A stretch of DNA of 47,739 bases from Candidatus Zixiibacteriota bacterium (GTDB lineage Bacteria; Zixibacteria; MSB-5A5; GN15; FEB-12), in assembly GCA_024277795.1 (NCBI GenBank), contig JAJRUL010000033.1, forward strand, positions 1 through 47,739, read 5' to 3'. The position numbers were made by a program, and so were the translations under genes. Positions 46,832 to 47,739 of the stretch are shown piece after piece. The first letter of the stretch is position 1. The number at the start of each line of letters is the position of its first letter. Below the pieces are notes generated by a model, which did no database searches, was not told where the DNA came from, and saw only the letters and a list, made by a program, of their open reading frames with translations.

Positions 46832-47146
46832 CTACTTTGCTATCTTTCTGTTTTGAGAGGGGGGAGGTTTCATCAGCTGTTTGATAGCATCAAAAATCAG
46901 TTTTATGTCACTATCGTGCCCAGCTAATTTCCGTTCAAGCTGAGTTAGTTTTTCTGTGATTTCCTTATGAGCCGTCAGCAATTCCCGAAGTCTTACAAAT
47001 GCCCTCACTACCAAAATGCTAACTTCAATCGCCCGCTTGGAGTTTAGCACACTTGCCAACATTGTAGCCCCATGCTCGGTAAAGACATACGGCGGATATC
47101 GCCTGCCCCCTCGCCCTTTCTTTGAGGTCACAATTTGTGACCTCAA
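46832..47146 (-). pseudogene. ORF6N-domain (antirepressor-like DNA-binding) protein, 5'-truncated
   Basis: LRSQIVTS..GRGGRRY.PYVFTEHG..MLASVLNS.RAI.V.I..VRAFVRLR is the second half of ORF6N. The usual N-terminal DLAELY...NQAVKRN..RFP..F.FQL half is absent and there is no RBS. Confidence 0.75.
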
Positions 47147-47150
47147 AGAT

Positions 47151-47739
47151 TCATAAAAACAAATAACTTACCAACGCCGTTATATCGCTAACATTAACCG
47201 TTCCGTTACCATCAAGATCGGCTGCCTCAATAAGCTGAGGTACTGGACCACCTCCAAATAGGAAATCTACTAAGTAGGTCAAATCAGAGATATTAACAGT
47301 TCCATCCATATTGACATCCCCAGACCTATGCCCGACCATCACAACCTCTCCAGATGCAGAGAAACTTGCCGCATCGGTAAAGAGTCCCGTCAAACTATAA
47401 GTTTGTGTGGTGGTGTCGTACAACTGTCCATAGTCTTGAATAAACTGGGTCAGAAGAATATCAGCTTTCATCACTTCACCCGTAAACCCGGAATAGTTCG
47501 GAAGAATCGACCATGAAACGGGAACCAATGTTCCGTTAATAAGCAAAGTCGATACATCAACATCCTGCACAGTCCTTCCCTCAGTTATGTTACCGAAGTA
47601 GATACTGAATAGCAGGCTATCTATGTTGTTAGCCTGTAAGGTATAAATTGTATCTGGTGAAATTGTAGCGTCATACCCGGTAAAAGGAGTGTACTTAAAC
47701 ACTCTATCTGTGACACTTGATAAATCATGACCACCTATC
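47151..47739 (-). CDS. C-terminal part of a sixth dockerin-tagged protein (5' end beyond the window), possibly preceded by Kelch repeats
   Basis: The frame stays open to the window edge (IGGHDLSSVTDRVFKYTP, Kelch-like); GDVNMDGTVNISDLTYLVDFLFGGGP...ADLDGNGTVNVSDITALVSYLF. Confidence 0.85.
   Translation of the reverse strand, partial: IGGHDLSSVTDRVFKYTPFTGYDATISPDTIYTLQANNIDSLLFSIYFGNITEGRTVQDVDVSTLLINGTLVPVSWSILPNYSGFTGEVMKADILLTQFIQDYGQLYDTTTQTYSLTGLFTDAASFSASGEVVMVGHRSGDVNMDGTVNISDLTYLVDFLFGGGPVPQLIEAADLDGNGTVNVSDITALVSYLFL

Noticed and set aside
46406-47146. Prophage or genomic island integrated at tRNA-Lys
   Set aside because: No integrase, no duplicated tRNA 3' end seen, and the ORF6N fragment lies on the 5' side of the tRNA.
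18284-47739. A classical cellulosome, or DGR-type diversification of the repeated C-termini
   Set aside because: No glycoside hydrolases or recognisable cohesins are present. There is no reverse transcriptase, and the tag copies differ at all base types rather than only at adenines.

Overview
AT-rich (roughly 40% GC by eye) bacterial chromosome segment. It is most likely from candidate phylum Zixibacteria (FCB group), inferred from the 'GDxNxxGxxxVxDLTYLVxYLFxGGPxP' C-terminal domain on its secreted proteins. The left third (1-18 kb) is housekeeping and envelope genes: nhaA, a Na+/Ca2+ antiporter, queCED, a GNAT, mtnN, an OmpA/beta-barrel/lipoprotein cluster, a nitrilase, carAB and an internally deleted methyltransferase. 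The right two thirds holds six exported proteins that all end in the same duplicated dockerin-like domain: a lysyl-endopeptidase-like S1 protease, an M14 carboxypeptidase, a 1,347-aa Cys-rich non-catalytic protein, an S8 subtilase, a 2,734-aa beta-helix protein and a partial sixth gene. Interleaved with these are a REP-flanked orphan gene, ric/rubrerythrin, a small Cys-rich protein, tRNA-Lys(CTT) and a truncated ORF6N gene. The best candidate for an undescribed system is this dockerin-tagged extracellular proteolytic/adhesive set. Its mature domains are Lys-poor except in discrete loops, which suggests maturation by the co-encoded Lys-specific protease. All calls come from motif recognition only; no database searches were run.
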